Assembly (NCBI GenBank): GCA_963921275.4
Contig: OZ001293.3
Coordinates: forward strand, 2,720,001-2,784,000
DNA from: an uncultured Hormoscilla sp.
GTDB lineage: Bacteria > Cyanobacteriota > Cyanobacteriia > Cyanobacteriales > Desertifilaceae
DNA: 64,000 nt
Direction of reading: 5' to 3'
Every line of letters begins with the position of its first letter. Position 1 is the stretch's first letter. The notes under the pieces are model-generated. The model did no database searches, was not told the origin of the DNA, and was given only the letters and a program-made list of their open reading frames with translations. Below are positions 45,207 through 55,905 of the stretch, one piece after another. A program made the translations under genes and the position numbers.

Positions 45207-45968
45207 TTAATCAATTTCCTCCGGGTTGACTCCCATTTCTAGTAACCGCTGGGCTAATTTTTCCGCACGTTGGCGTAGGGTTTTGATTTGGTCTTGTTCT
45301 GCTTTTATTAATTGCTCCTCCGCTAGTGGAGCAAGCAGTTCTTTCACCGATAAAACCAACTGCTCAAACTGACCGGAAATAATTGATTGCTTTGCGGTGA
45401 AATCTACAAAGCTATATCCTTCTACCCTGCTAGGATTAGCAAACACCCGCACTCGTTTATTTTTGGGGTCTACTATCCAATATTCGGGAATTTCTGCGAT
45501 TTCGTATTCAGAACGTTTAATCACATAATCATCCCGGGCGTTACTACTGGTAACTTCCACTACCAAAATCGGCTTTTCAGCAAAGTCTAAAACTCCCGCA
45601 CCATCACGATGCAGAACTTGTGCCCAAACCGCTTGGCTACAGACTACCACATCTGGAATTCGGGATGAATTTTCTTCCGTGCGGACACCGGTCGCTAAGG
45701 AGTTCGCGACTAAATCCAAGTTTTGGTCAGCAAAATAGCGCTGGAGCTTATAAATCAGAAACTTGCAAATATTGGTATGTAAGTGCATTGCTGCTGACAT
45801 AGGTATTAGTTGCCCCCTGAATAATTCATAGAGAACGTCTGGTTCTCCTTCATATTCAAGATATTCTTGGAAGGTTAACAGATGTTCGACTGTTTGATCT
45901 TCAATTTCAGGAGGTTCACCCCGTGCCTGCCCAACTTCCTCTACCGCTGAAACAACTGCTTGAGTCAT
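45207..45968 (-). CDS. Uma2/DUF820 family endonuclease
   Basis: Paralog of 43276-44028 with coiled-coil tail RAEKLAQRLLEMGVNPEEID. Confidence 0.9.
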   Translation of the reverse strand: MTQAVVSAVEEVGQARGEPPEIEDQTVEHLLTFQEYLEYEGEPDVLYELFRGQLIPMSAAMHLHTNICKFLIYKLQRYFADQNLDLVANSLATGVRTEENSSRIPDVVVCSQAVWAQVLHRDGAGVLDFAEKPILVVEVTSSNARDDYVIKRSEYEIAEIPEYWIVDPKNKRVRVFANPSRVEGYSFVDFTAKQSIISGQFEQLVLSVKELLAPLAEEQLIKAEQDQIKTLRQRAEKLAQRLLEMGVNPEEID

Positions 45969-46355
45969 AATGCTAAACCTCTGGTGCGATCGCGTTCTTT
46001 GACTATTTTATCTCATCTCAACTTTCTGTGCTGGTTGATTCGCCCCCGATGTTTATGCGGGCCCTAGGAATGTGCAGAACTTGACTTGCGCCGGTCAAAC
46101 CTATGACTCCGGCGGAGCTGCACGCGAAATCGCGCATCACCGAAGCTGTTCTGGATCGCGGCTCTGGGGCTGCCAGTCTTTCCCAGAGGCTCCAGATACT
46201 TTATTGCAAATATTTATTATTAAAAAATAAAATAATCATTAAATTTTGATTCCTCCTTACCAGGCTCTGCCTGGTAAGGAAAAACAGAGGCAGAGCCTCT
46301 TGTAGCTTGTAGCAACTGAGGCCAGATGTGAATTAAAATAAATTATCAGCTATAA

Positions 46356-48506
46356 TTGATAAATCTTATGAATAAGGGTAGAAAGACTCAGATGATCGCA
46401 AAAGTGCTGGCATTATGGAATGCTGTAACTAAGGCTAAATTCAGTTGGAGAAGTTACGTCCCTGTGTGGCTGAGCCTGATGGTAGGGATAGGACTGTCTA
46501 CAGTGGCCTCGGGAATAGTCTGGAAGTGGGAGTTAGCGAAAACCCAGCAGCAATTCGATCGGCGGGCAGATAATCTCGCCTTTGCTTTGCAGCAGAATAT
46601 AGACGAATATGTGCAACTCACCCAGGCTCTTGGGGCTTTTTACGATGCCGCCGATCGGGTCAGCAGAGCAGATTTTACCGAGTTCTCCCAACCCTTTTTG
46701 CCTCGCTATCCCGGGATCTTGGCCTTATGTTGGGCGCAGCGGGTTCTAGCTTCAGAACGATAAGCTTACGCCGAATCAATGGTCGCACAAGGATTTCGTC
46801 AATTCAACATCTGGGAGAGAAATGCCGATCGAAAAGCGATCGCGGCGAGTGAGCGTGCCGAATATCTTCCCAGTACCTATATCGAGTCACAAGAGCCGTT
46901 CAAACAGGCGATCTGCTTCGATCATAACTCGGTACCAAAGCGTCGGGTAGCCTTAGAGAAGGCGCGAGAAACTAGCGTGATGGTTTCTACACAGCAGGTT
47001 CCCTTAGAGCATAAGGTCGAATCAGGCTTTCTGATGTACCGACCCGTTTACCGACCCCCTTACCGTCAAGAGAGCGAGTTTTTTCAGGGAGTGGTTTACA
47101 TAGTTTACCAGATTGAAGGGTTAATCCGGGCATCAATTGGAGGATTGAACATCAAACACCTTGACTTTTACCTGTTTGACATGCCTGTCGATCAACTTGA
47201 ATCTGCCCTCAGCAAAGAATCAGTTAATGTAAATCAGGGCTTTCTGGTGTTTTACGACTCCAAACAGCGGCAGTTAGTAGAAGATCGGCAGCAGGCAGAA
47301 ATAGCCCAGCTAAATGCTTCGTCCGGGAGATCGCGCAAAAACTGTCTTGATAGTGATTGGACAGTCTGTATCCGCACCCTTAATGTCGCCGATCGAGAAT
47401 GGTCACTGTTAATTCTGCCGACATCGGACTTTGCTGAGAAACCTTGGACAGCAGTTGCGGCTCTAGCGATCGGGTTACTCTTGACTAGCATTCTCGCGCT
47501 ATACCTGGGGATGTCAATTAGACGGGGGACTCAAACCCAACAGTTACTCGCTTCTTTAGAAAAGACCAATGTGGCCTTACAGCAATCTGATACTGAGTTG
47601 AGGTCACAAAAAACGCAGCTAGAACAAGCCTTTCGTCAGCTGCAACAAACCCAAGCGCAACTGGTTCAGACAGAAAAAATGTCTAGCCTAGGCCAACTGG
47701 TAGCAGGAGTAGCTCACGAAATTAATAACCCCGTCAGCTTTATCTACGGTAATATTAGTTTTGCCCAGGAGTACACGCGCAAGTTGCTGGAGATGGTGAA
47801 GCTTTACGATCGGCATTGTCAAGATCACCATCCGTCGATTAAAGAGTTAGCAGAGGCGATCGATCTAGATTTTCTGCTACAAGACTTTCCCGATATGCTA
47901 TTTTCAATTCAAATCGGCGCTGAACGACTGCGAGAAATAGTTAATTCTCTGCGCAACTTCTCCCGCAAAGACGAAGCTGAGGTGAAAGCAGTTGATATTC
48001 ACGAGGGGATAGAAAGTACCCTGATGATCCTGCAAAATCGGCTGAAAGCAACAACGGGAGGCATCGCCCTAATTAAAGAATACGGCAACTTGCCCCCGAT
48101 CGAGTGCTATGCCGGACAGCTGAATCAGGTTTTTATGAACATTATCAGCAATGCGATCGATGCCCTGGAAGAGGTATTTTCAGGCAGATCCAGTTCCCGA
48201 GGGAAAGATTGGACTCCATCAGAAATCCCGACAATTCAGATTCGGACTGAAGTGGTAAAATCAGACCAGATCGCAATTAAAATTGCTGATAATGGACCAG
48301 GAATGCCCGATGAAGTGAAAGAAAAAATCCTCGACCCCTTCTTTACTACTAAACCTGTGGGCAAAGGTACAGGTTTGGGGTTGTCTATTAGCTACCAGAT
48401 CGTCACCGAAAAACATCAAGGTAGCTTGCAATGTATCTCAGCACCAGGTCAAGGAACCGAGTTTTTGATTCAAATTCCTGTCAGTCAAACTATAGAGAAA
48501 GTTTAG
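46356..48506 (+). pseudogene. CHASE-domain sensor histidine kinase split by one in-frame TAA
   Basis: [50 protein letters not shown]; both ORF parts share a frame, TAA at 46761-46763. Confidence 0.88.
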
Positions 48507-48757
48507 CAGAATACGGGCGGGAGATCGGGGACCCAGTTCCTCGTTCCCAGGGTCTCCCTGGGAATGAGTCGTCTGAGGCTCTGCCCCTTGTGAGTGAGTT
48601 AGCTAGTCCAGGAGGCAGAGCCTCAACCGGGCGTGACCAAGGGCGAGGGGTTTGTCTTATGAAGTGCATCATGGCAAGCACAAAGAAACCCGGTTTTTCC
48701 GAAAAACCGGGTTTCTTTGTCATTGTGTGGGTTTATTGACAACAACGAAAGATGTGA

Positions 48758-50473
48758 TTAGAACTTAAACGTCGTCCGGATAGTGCCGACATAGATAGTG
48801 TCGTTATCCTCGTTGTGCTCTGGATTAAGAATCACATACAGGCCAGGGGTAATGGCAATATTGTCATTGAGCTGAATGCGATATAAACCCTGGATCTGAA
48901 GAGAAGTACCATCATCACCTCTGTTATCATCTCTCCTGGCCCCACTGACAACTTTCGGCAGCATCCCTACCTGGATCGCTCCCAGGTTACCTTCCGCGAA
49001 CAAATCTGGTAAAGCCAAGGTTCCTGCCCAGTTATAAATCGCAGAATGCCTATCATTATCGCCTTCTTCAATCACGTCTGCCCAACCGAACCAACCGGAA
49101 AGAATCAACCCACGACCCAAGCGAATTTGCGTTGTCGCTCCCATGACGTTAGCTGAGGTGTCCTCCCCAGTATAGGGGTTCGTAGCATTAGCACTACCTG
49201 TGCTACCAGTCAGGTTAGCTTGATCAGTCCAGTACGCCCGTGCATAGCTTAAACCCAGCTTGAAGGCATCACCGTTGAAAGTCAGCTGGCCCATTGCACT
49301 ATGGCTGCCATTGAACAGTCCCTCTCCATCTGAGGGGCTGCTGCTATTATCAGTCAGATAAGAGCCAGTGATCTTGAACCGTTCGCCCAAATTAACTTCA
49401 ACAGCGGCCCCTGCTCCCCCAGGTACCCGATAAATTGGGTTGAAGCGTCCAAAGCGCGAAAGAGAGCCGCTGTTACTGCTTTCTAAGGGGCTCAAGGACG
49501 GGTGAAAATCGTCCTGATCGTATCCTGCTGCGGCTAGCCAGAAAACCAGACTTTCGTTGGCCACTGGTAAACGGTAACCCAGTTTACTCAGTTCAAAAGT
49601 ACTTTCTGTGTCCGTTGCAAACCCGAGGCGACTCATCTCAGTACCAGTAACATCCTCCCCAAAATTATTGATGTTTCCGGCTTCCAAACGGGTTAGCAGG
49701 GAGCTTCCTCCTGTAAAAGTAGTCAGAAAATTGAGACGCGCCCGGGCTGACAAGGTCCAGATTTCATTAACCCCGTCATCGCCAAATACTCCACCAGTAT
49801 TGATAATGACCTCACCCCTCAGCTTAGAAGTAGTAGAGAACAGATTAGCCTCCAGTTCAGCAGTGCGGGCTTCCAGGGCATCTACGCGACCCCGCAGGGT
49901 AGCCAGTTCAGCAGCAAATTCTTCTTGCAGCCGTTGCAGGGTAGCTAAGTCGGCCCTGGTGATGGTGCTAGCTGTAGCCGCAGCAATCAGTTCGTTGATC
50001 CGGTCCAAACAAGCATTCAAACCAGCGGCAAACTCAAACCGAGTCAGGACCCGATTACCGCGATAGGTGCCATCGGGATAACCAGCGATACAACCATAGC
50101 GTTCTACCAGGGACTGCAAAGCTTGGAATGCCCAGTCTGTGGGGCGTACATCCCGCAGTTGAGACACGGAGGTGACCTGTTCCATCAGGTCACGGCCGGG
50201 ATTAGTTTCATTGCTGTAACGTTGAATTTGTTCCAGCGGCGTTACATCAGTCGGTGCTACTTCCGGGACTGCTTGTACCACTATGACTGGGGTGACAATT
50301 GCTTCAATCGTTGGATCGGTCTGGGTGGGGGCAGCTATTGACTGCGCTGCTGCTTCTGTCGGATTCCCCTCCTCACCGGCTGCTGCTTGAGCCTGATTAG
50401 AAGAGAAGACTAAAGTCGCTCCTAATAATGCTGGGGTGACCAACAGTGAATTCCACAGAACCTTATTGTTCAT
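48758..50473 (-). CDS. SLH-domain outer-membrane porin (OprB/Som family, iron-uptake porin type)
   Basis: QVTSVSQLRDVRPTDWAFQALQSLVERYGCIAGYPDGTYRG; C-terminal IRTTFKF. Confidence 0.95.
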   Translation of the reverse strand: MNNKVLWNSLLVTPALLGATLVFSSNQAQAAAGEEGNPTEAAAQSIAAPTQTDPTIEAIVTPVIVVQAVPEVAPTDVTPLEQIQRYSNETNPGRDLMEQVTSVSQLRDVRPTDWAFQALQSLVERYGCIAGYPDGTYRGNRVLTRFEFAAGLNACLDRINELIAAATASTITRADLATLQRLQEEFAAELATLRGRVDALEARTAELEANLFSTTSKLRGEVIINTGGVFGDDGVNEIWTLSARARLNFLTTFTGGSSLLTRLEAGNINNFGEDVTGTEMSRLGFATDTESTFELSKLGYRLPVANESLVFWLAAAGYDQDDFHPSLSPLESSNSGSLSRFGRFNPIYRVPGGAGAAVEVNLGERFKITGSYLTDNSSSPSDGEGLFNGSHSAMGQLTFNGDAFKLGLSYARAYWTDQANLTGSTGSANATNPYTGEDTSANVMGATTQIRLGRGLILSGWFGWADVIEEGDNDRHSAIYNWAGTLALPDLFAEGNLGAIQVGMLPKVVSGARRDDNRGDDGTSLQIQGLYRIQLNDNIAITPGLYVILNPEHNEDNDTIYVGTIRTTFKF

Positions 50474-51159
50474 TTATCTCTCCTCACACCTGGGATACCT
50501 TGACTTTAAGGCTAAACGAGAACTAACTAACAGAGATTATATCTCAAGGAAAAGATTTTGGGTAATGGAAAATTGGGCAGTTACCAGTAGGGTGGGCATT
50601 GCCCACCAGGTGCCAGTAGGGTGGGCAATTCCTAGGCTGTTTATTTTGGGTCTTTTTAGGACCCGATCGAGCACTCCGGATCCTACGATGGCGCTCACGC
50701 CTATAATTCATATATAGCAAGCGATCCAGGGTCTCATCACCTTACACAAAAAGTGCATGAAGTTTTTTCCACTGGCCTAGAACAAAGTGAACAGCCTAGG
50801 CAATGCCCACCAGGTGCCAGTAGGGCACCATCCATTGCTAGCCCTGTAAAGTTGTAGGATAACAAATTTTCTTGGCAGTTGACAATGAGTATTTTTAATA
50901 GATTGGATAAGTTGAGCAATATGGAGCTTTCATTGGGTCTGATGAATGCGATCGCCTACCAGTGAACAGTTATCACGTACCAGGCCCACCACGGATCAGT
51001 GAACAGTTATCACGTACCAGGCCCACCACGTATCAGTGAACAGTTATCAGTGAACAATTACCAGTGGTCGGGTATTGCTAATCCTGAAAGCTGTAGGATA
51101 ACGATCGAGTGCCAGTTACCAGGGACGTTTTGGACGTGCGGTTCCCCTCCCTTTCGCAA

Positions 51160-51345
51160 GGGGAAGGGGGGACATCGTACTCGCACTACCCAGGAGACAT
51201 CGTAACCGCACTACCCAGGCCGTGTCTCCTGGGAGCTTGATGTCCCCCGGACGCACTTCGATGCCTTCGGGATGCTTCGCAAAAACCCCTCAGGCATCGT
51301 CGAAACCCGGGGGACATCATAATCGCACTACCCAGGAGACACGGC
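51160..51345. repeat. Cluster of palindromic GCACTACCC mini-elements
   Basis: Several CGCACTACCCAGGAGACA / GATGTCCCCCGG units. Confidence 0.7.
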
Positions 51346-51691
51346 GGAGACACCGCCCGTTCCTTAAAGCTAAACGACAGAGCTACCGGCTGACGCTCAC
51401 CTATAGGTGTCATGACCCCCCTCGCCCTAACGTAGGTCAATACCATGACCTGCATCTTGCATCTTCCCGATAGCGCTGCGCTGGGGGCGCAGCCATAGGA
51501 GATAATTCCAACCGAGGCCGGAAATTACCGGATTTTATGCAAGAGTTAGTAGTGACAGTTATAGCAGTTGCTCTTATTAGTGTGATCTGCAGAAAATCGC
51601 TGAAACACTTATGCTGTCTGCATTTGGTCGTACCACATAAATTTGAGAAACGCCATACCAATCGACCGATCGCCAATCGACAATTATCATA

Positions 51692-52744
51692 TCACTTCCA
51701 GCCAGCCCGGTCCATAATTTTCAGGGCTGCTGCATTGTTTTTCCCGAATACGTCGGGGTTGAGGGGGTCGGCTTTGAACTCGCCATAGCTAGCGAGGACT
51801 GGGTCTATGGACACGCCAGTCACTACAGGATATTCGTTGTTGCCCTCAGCGAAGAATTCTTGAGCCTGACGACTGACCAGATGCTCCAAAAATGCGATCG
51901 CGGCTTCTTTATTGGGAGCATTTTTGATGACGCCGCCGCCGCTGACGTTAACATGGGTGCCGCGACCGTTAGGACCAGTTTGGTTGGGGAAGAATACCCC
52001 GATCTTATCTATCACTTCCTTGTCTGCCAGTTTATTTGATTTGGCCAGACGGGCGACGTAGTAGGAGTTGGCGATCGCGATATCACCGACTCCTGCGGCA
52101 CAAGCTCTAATTTGGGCCGTATCATTGCCTTCGGGCTCACCGGCGAAGTTAGCGACCATACCCCGGGCCCATGCCTCTGTCAGGTCTGGGCCATGGGCTG
52201 CCAGCAGGGAGCCCACCAGGGACTGATTATAGATATTGCTGGAACTGCGGATGAGGATTTTGCTTCGCCATTTAGGATTCATGAGATCCTCATAGGTGGA
52301 CAGTTCCCAGGGCTTAACTCTGTCTTTACGGTACAGGATCACTCGCGCCCGCCGAGAGAAAGCATACCAAGTGCCGTCCGGGTCGCGCAGATCGGCATGG
52401 ATCAGGGAGTTCAGATTTGGTGAATAGATAGGTTGGAGGATCCCTGATTCCTTGGCCCGCCAGAGACGGCCCCCATCAACGGTCAGTAAGATGTCAGCTT
52501 GACTATTGCGACCCTCGCTTTTGACCCGTTCGATCAATTGGTCAGCTTTACCTTCCACCAGATTTACCTTGATACCGGTCTCTCTGGTAAAGCTGTTGTA
52601 CAACTCATCATCAGTATTGTAATGGCGAGAGGAGTAGAGGTTGAGGGGGCGGTTCTGGGCTATTGTTGGGGCCAAGCGAGGCAATTGTCCTGCGGCCACT
52701 GCTGCTGCTGCCGTACCCGCAGCCATAAAAACTCGTCTTTTCAT
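51692..52744 (-). CDS. futA: Fe(III) ABC transporter periplasmic binding protein (FutA/IdiA)
   Basis: Tat signal [31 protein letters not shown]. Confidence 0.93.
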   Translation of the reverse strand: MKRRVFMAAGTAAAAVAAGQLPRLAPTIAQNRPLNLYSSRHYNTDDELYNSFTRETGIKVNLVEGKADQLIERVKSEGRNSQADILLTVDGGRLWRAKESGILQPIYSPNLNSLIHADLRDPDGTWYAFSRRARVILYRKDRVKPWELSTYEDLMNPKWRSKILIRSSSNIYNQSLVGSLLAAHGPDLTEAWARGMVANFAGEPEGNDTAQIRACAAGVGDIAIANSYYVARLAKSNKLADKEVIDKIGVFFPNQTGPNGRGTHVNVSGGGVIKNAPNKEAAIAFLEHLVSRQAQEFFAEGNNEYPVVTGVSIDPVLASYGEFKADPLNPDVFGKNNAAALKIMDRAGWK

Positions 52745-53178
52745 CTTCTTTCTTGTCGATCCTGATTGTTATCACCGGTCCTATTTAGACTCTTAGCTGG
52801 CTAATAGCCGATCGCGCAGCGCGGCGCCAGCCGTGCGCTTACAGTTGAAAGCTATTATAACTACTAATGAGATTTATTGTTGATTAAATTTTTCAATTGA
52901 TTTTATCGTAACCCACTTGGATGACATAAAATCCATGGGCACGGGTTAATATGTCGCTGTTCCCAGGATTGATCTGCTGCCGTGCCCCTAAATCTGCTTG
53001 ATAAATAATCTTAACTCTAGCAGATATCATGTAGTATAGCTATGAATATTGAGCAAGTACAACGCTCTAGAGCGCCGGTCAAGAAACCGGGTTTCTCTGG
53101 TAAAAGCATTGATAGATCCTTGATAGCTGGACAAGAAACTCGGTTTCTAGCTTCTACACTTGACCGATGCTCTAGGTC

Positions 53179-53574
53179 TTAGGGCCGGTGAGGAGACAGG
53201 GCGAGGGCAATTAAATGTTCAATTTTCTTAATATTTGGATCGCCAGCTAAGTAACCAATGCCGCGATGGAGGTGGAGGCGAAATTGGGTAGCAAGGGTTT
53301 CTTTGTCTTGGCCTAAACCATCATTGTGGCAGCGTTGCTTGAGAGCAATGAGGAGGATATCGGACATTTCGCCGCCAAAGACGCGCCAAGTCAGTTCCAC
53401 ATTACTATCGGCGGGGATGGGGACCGATGAGGGGATACTTGGTTCTGCCAGGGAACGACAGAATGCCCAGCGACAAAGAATGTTCCACTGGTCGATTTTA
53501 GTATTGCGTTTGAGTTGAGTCAGTTGATTCTTGGCAGTTTGGGACAGACGAATTCTATCTATTGGTAATTCCAT
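53179..53574 (-). CDS. dndE: DNA phosphorothioation protein DndE
   Basis: IRLSQTAKNQLTQLKRNTKI.QWNILCRWAFCRSL...FRLHLHRGIGYL. Confidence 0.95.
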   Translation of the reverse strand: MELPIDRIRLSQTAKNQLTQLKRNTKIDQWNILCRWAFCRSLAEPSIPSSVPIPADSNVELTWRVFGGEMSDILLIALKQRCHNDGLGQDKETLATQFRLHLHRGIGYLAGDPNIKKIEHLIALALSPHRP

Positions 53575-53776
53575 AGTTCGTGAATGGTGAATGGTGAATG
53601 GTGAATGGCGATCCCCCTCGTCCCCTAGTTGCTAGTTTCCCTCGTCCCCCTCGTTGCTAGTTAAAAACTAGCAACGTTTTCCCTTCGAGGCGGATGCCTC
53701 CTGTCGGGACGATCGGGAGGCTCTGCCTCATCCAGTCCTTCCCTGCCAGAGTCAGGGAACGAGATAATAACGGACT

Positions 53777-55756
53777 TTACCAGAAATAGCCTTCTTGGAC
53801 GATCGTCTGACCTGCGGTAGAGTCGTACTGGAGGAGATATTCGCGGGCGATCGCATTTTGTTTGCGAAGATTTTCCACTTCTGTTTCGCCAATTTCGGTA
53901 TCAGTAGAGAGGAGAATCACCTGATGAGAAGCAGAGGGGAAGTAACGTTCGATCAAGTTTTGACGGTGTTCGGAATCTAGACGTCCCAAGGGAGTGTCAA
54001 TGGCCACGGGTAATTGCCGGGCAGAAACTCGGGCTAATCCCCAGAGGAAGGAAATGGCTAAGAGTTGTTTTTCTCCGGCGGAAAGACGATTTTTGGGCAC
54101 TGGTTTTCCTTGGGGGTCGAACAGAGAGAGGCTAAAATTCTGGGTATCGATCGCCACCCGATGGACCAGGTCTGATTTGTGCAGGAGATAGCGAAAACAT
54201 TCTGTGACTTCACCTTCGAGTTTATTGAGTTTTTTCAGGGTCAATTTTTCCCGAAACAGCTTGAGGGTGTTTTGGACTCTCGCAGCAGCCTTGAGAAAAT
54301 GCTGGTCGTTGGCGATCTTGAGGCTTTCTTCAGTATACTGGTGCAATTCCTTTTTGATTTTATCGATCGCCTGTTCTGATTCTTTGCGGCGGCGATCGCA
54401 GTTTTCCCAAGCAGCGCGGGCCTTAGCGACTTCTGTTTGGGTCTGGGTGACGCCCTCTTGCAACTTTTCATAGGCTTCTGGTGCGGCGGCGGCGGCTATT
54501 CTTTTCTCAAGGGCATGCATTTCTATTTCTAGCTGCTTGAGTTGTGCCAATTTTTCCGATCCTGTTGCTTGAGCCGCTTGGATATGATAACCTAGAAGAG
54601 ACTGTAATTGCTTGACTGCCTCGGGGTCTGCGAGTAACCAAGGTTCAGCCGTTTCTAAGGTTTGGGCTAAGGCCAAGTTTTCTTGGTCGAGAAAAGATTG
54701 AATTTTCTCAAGCAGCTCCACCTGTAAGGAGAGTTGGGTGAGATAATCCAGGAGGCGGCGATCGCGATCGTGCAAAACATCCCGAGTCATTTTCGCCTGA
54801 GAGTAGCGGGCTTCCGTTTCTGCTTGGGCTAGGGCCTGAGTGAGAAGGGATGAAATTAAAGCTAAGGGTATTGACCCAGCAGCTAATTCTCTCATCTCCT
54901 GACAACTCTTATCTGCCTGGTCCTTTAAGTCCTGGAGTTTTTTGTCGAGCAGGTTGCGATCGGCTGCTATTTGGCCGCCTTCAGAGAGAAAGTTCTCTGA
55001 TGCTTGGCGATATCTTTTCTGGGCAATGTCTAGCTTCTTTTTCAGTTCTCCTCCTTCCGCGATCGCGGCATCTTTTTCCTTAGCATGTTGCTGGAGTTTT
55101 TGTTCGATTTCATCCAGGTTGGCGAGTTCCTTGGCGTTGGCAAGGGCTTTTTGCTTGCGTCGAACTAAGATATTAAGATCCTGAGAGAGACGTTCCGCTA
55201 GTTCTAACCCTAACATAGATTCGATCGCCTGAACGACTAAAGGGGGAGGAATTTCCAGTTCTGCGAGTTCCTTCACCTGTTCTCCATCAAACAGGAAAAG
55301 ATTAGAAATGCCCAGGGGCAGGAGATTTTCAATGTACTCATCCCAGGTATCAGCCAAGTATGGGTCAGGCCAATCATTGTCAAGAATACCTAAAGTATCT
55401 TTACCATCTTTAGGGTTTTTTGTCCAAGTGCGGACAATGCGGTATTCGACTAGCTTATCGTTAAGGACATGTTGAAAAGCTAATTCAACCCGGGTATTTT
55501 CTCCAGGGGGAGTATTGCGGTTAACACACTGGGAGAGAAAATCGCCATAATTCAAATTACCACGATTAGAACATTGGGCGCGAATGCCGTAAAGGGCGAG
55601 GCGAATAGCATCCATCAGGGTAGTTTTGCCGCCGCCATTCATGCCACCAAAGAGGATAATGGGGCGAGTATTGTCATCAGCTTCTGGACGGAGGTTAATG
55701 ACTTGTTTTTCCAGATAGGGACCAAAGTTTTCTAGTACGAGTTCTGTAAAAATCAA
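53777..55756 (-). CDS. dndD: DNA phosphorothioation SMC-like ATPase DndD
   Basis: GGMNGGGKTT, LFLFDGEQ, LSAGEKQLLA, IDTPLGRLDS, ASHQVILLSTDTEI. Confidence 0.95.
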   Translation of the reverse strand: MIFTELVLENFGPYLEKQVINLRPEADDNTRPIILFGGMNGGGKTTLMDAIRLALYGIRAQCSNRGNLNYGDFLSQCVNRNTPPGENTRVELAFQHVLNDKLVEYRIVRTWTKNPKDGKDTLGILDNDWPDPYLADTWDEYIENLLPLGISNLFLFDGEQVKELAELEIPPPLVVQAIESMLGLELAERLSQDLNILVRRKQKALANAKELANLDEIEQKLQQHAKEKDAAIAEGGELKKKLDIAQKRYRQASENFLSEGGQIAADRNLLDKKLQDLKDQADKSCQEMRELAAGSIPLALISSLLTQALAQAETEARYSQAKMTRDVLHDRDRRLLDYLTQLSLQVELLEKIQSFLDQENLALAQTLETAEPWLLADPEAVKQLQSLLGYHIQAAQATGSEKLAQLKQLEIEMHALEKRIAAAAAPEAYEKLQEGVTQTQTEVAKARAAWENCDRRRKESEQAIDKIKKELHQYTEESLKIANDQHFLKAAARVQNTLKLFREKLTLKKLNKLEGEVTECFRYLLHKSDLVHRVAIDTQNFSLSLFDPQGKPVPKNRLSAGEKQLLAISFLWGLARVSARQLPVAIDTPLGRLDSEHRQNLIERYFPSASHQVILLSTDTEIGETEVENLRKQNAIAREYLLQYDSTAGQTIVQEGYFW

Positions 55757-55905
55757 GGTGATGCCTCATAAAGAAATACAAAAATATCTCGTTCCCTGAC
55801 TCTGGCAGGGAACGAAATCTAGAGGCTCTGCCTCGGGTTAGTTTCTCGCTTTGGCAGATCCTCTAAGCTACCAATTCCAGGACTGCCCGACTGCCCACCC
55901 TACAA

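Noticed and set aside
43276..45968. Uma2 paralog pair as a DGR template/variable repeat
   Set aside because: Differences are spread over the whole gene, include indels and are not adenine-specific
50999..51788. Small ORFs between the porin and futA
   Set aside because: Composed of tandem and palindromic repeats or antisense overlaps
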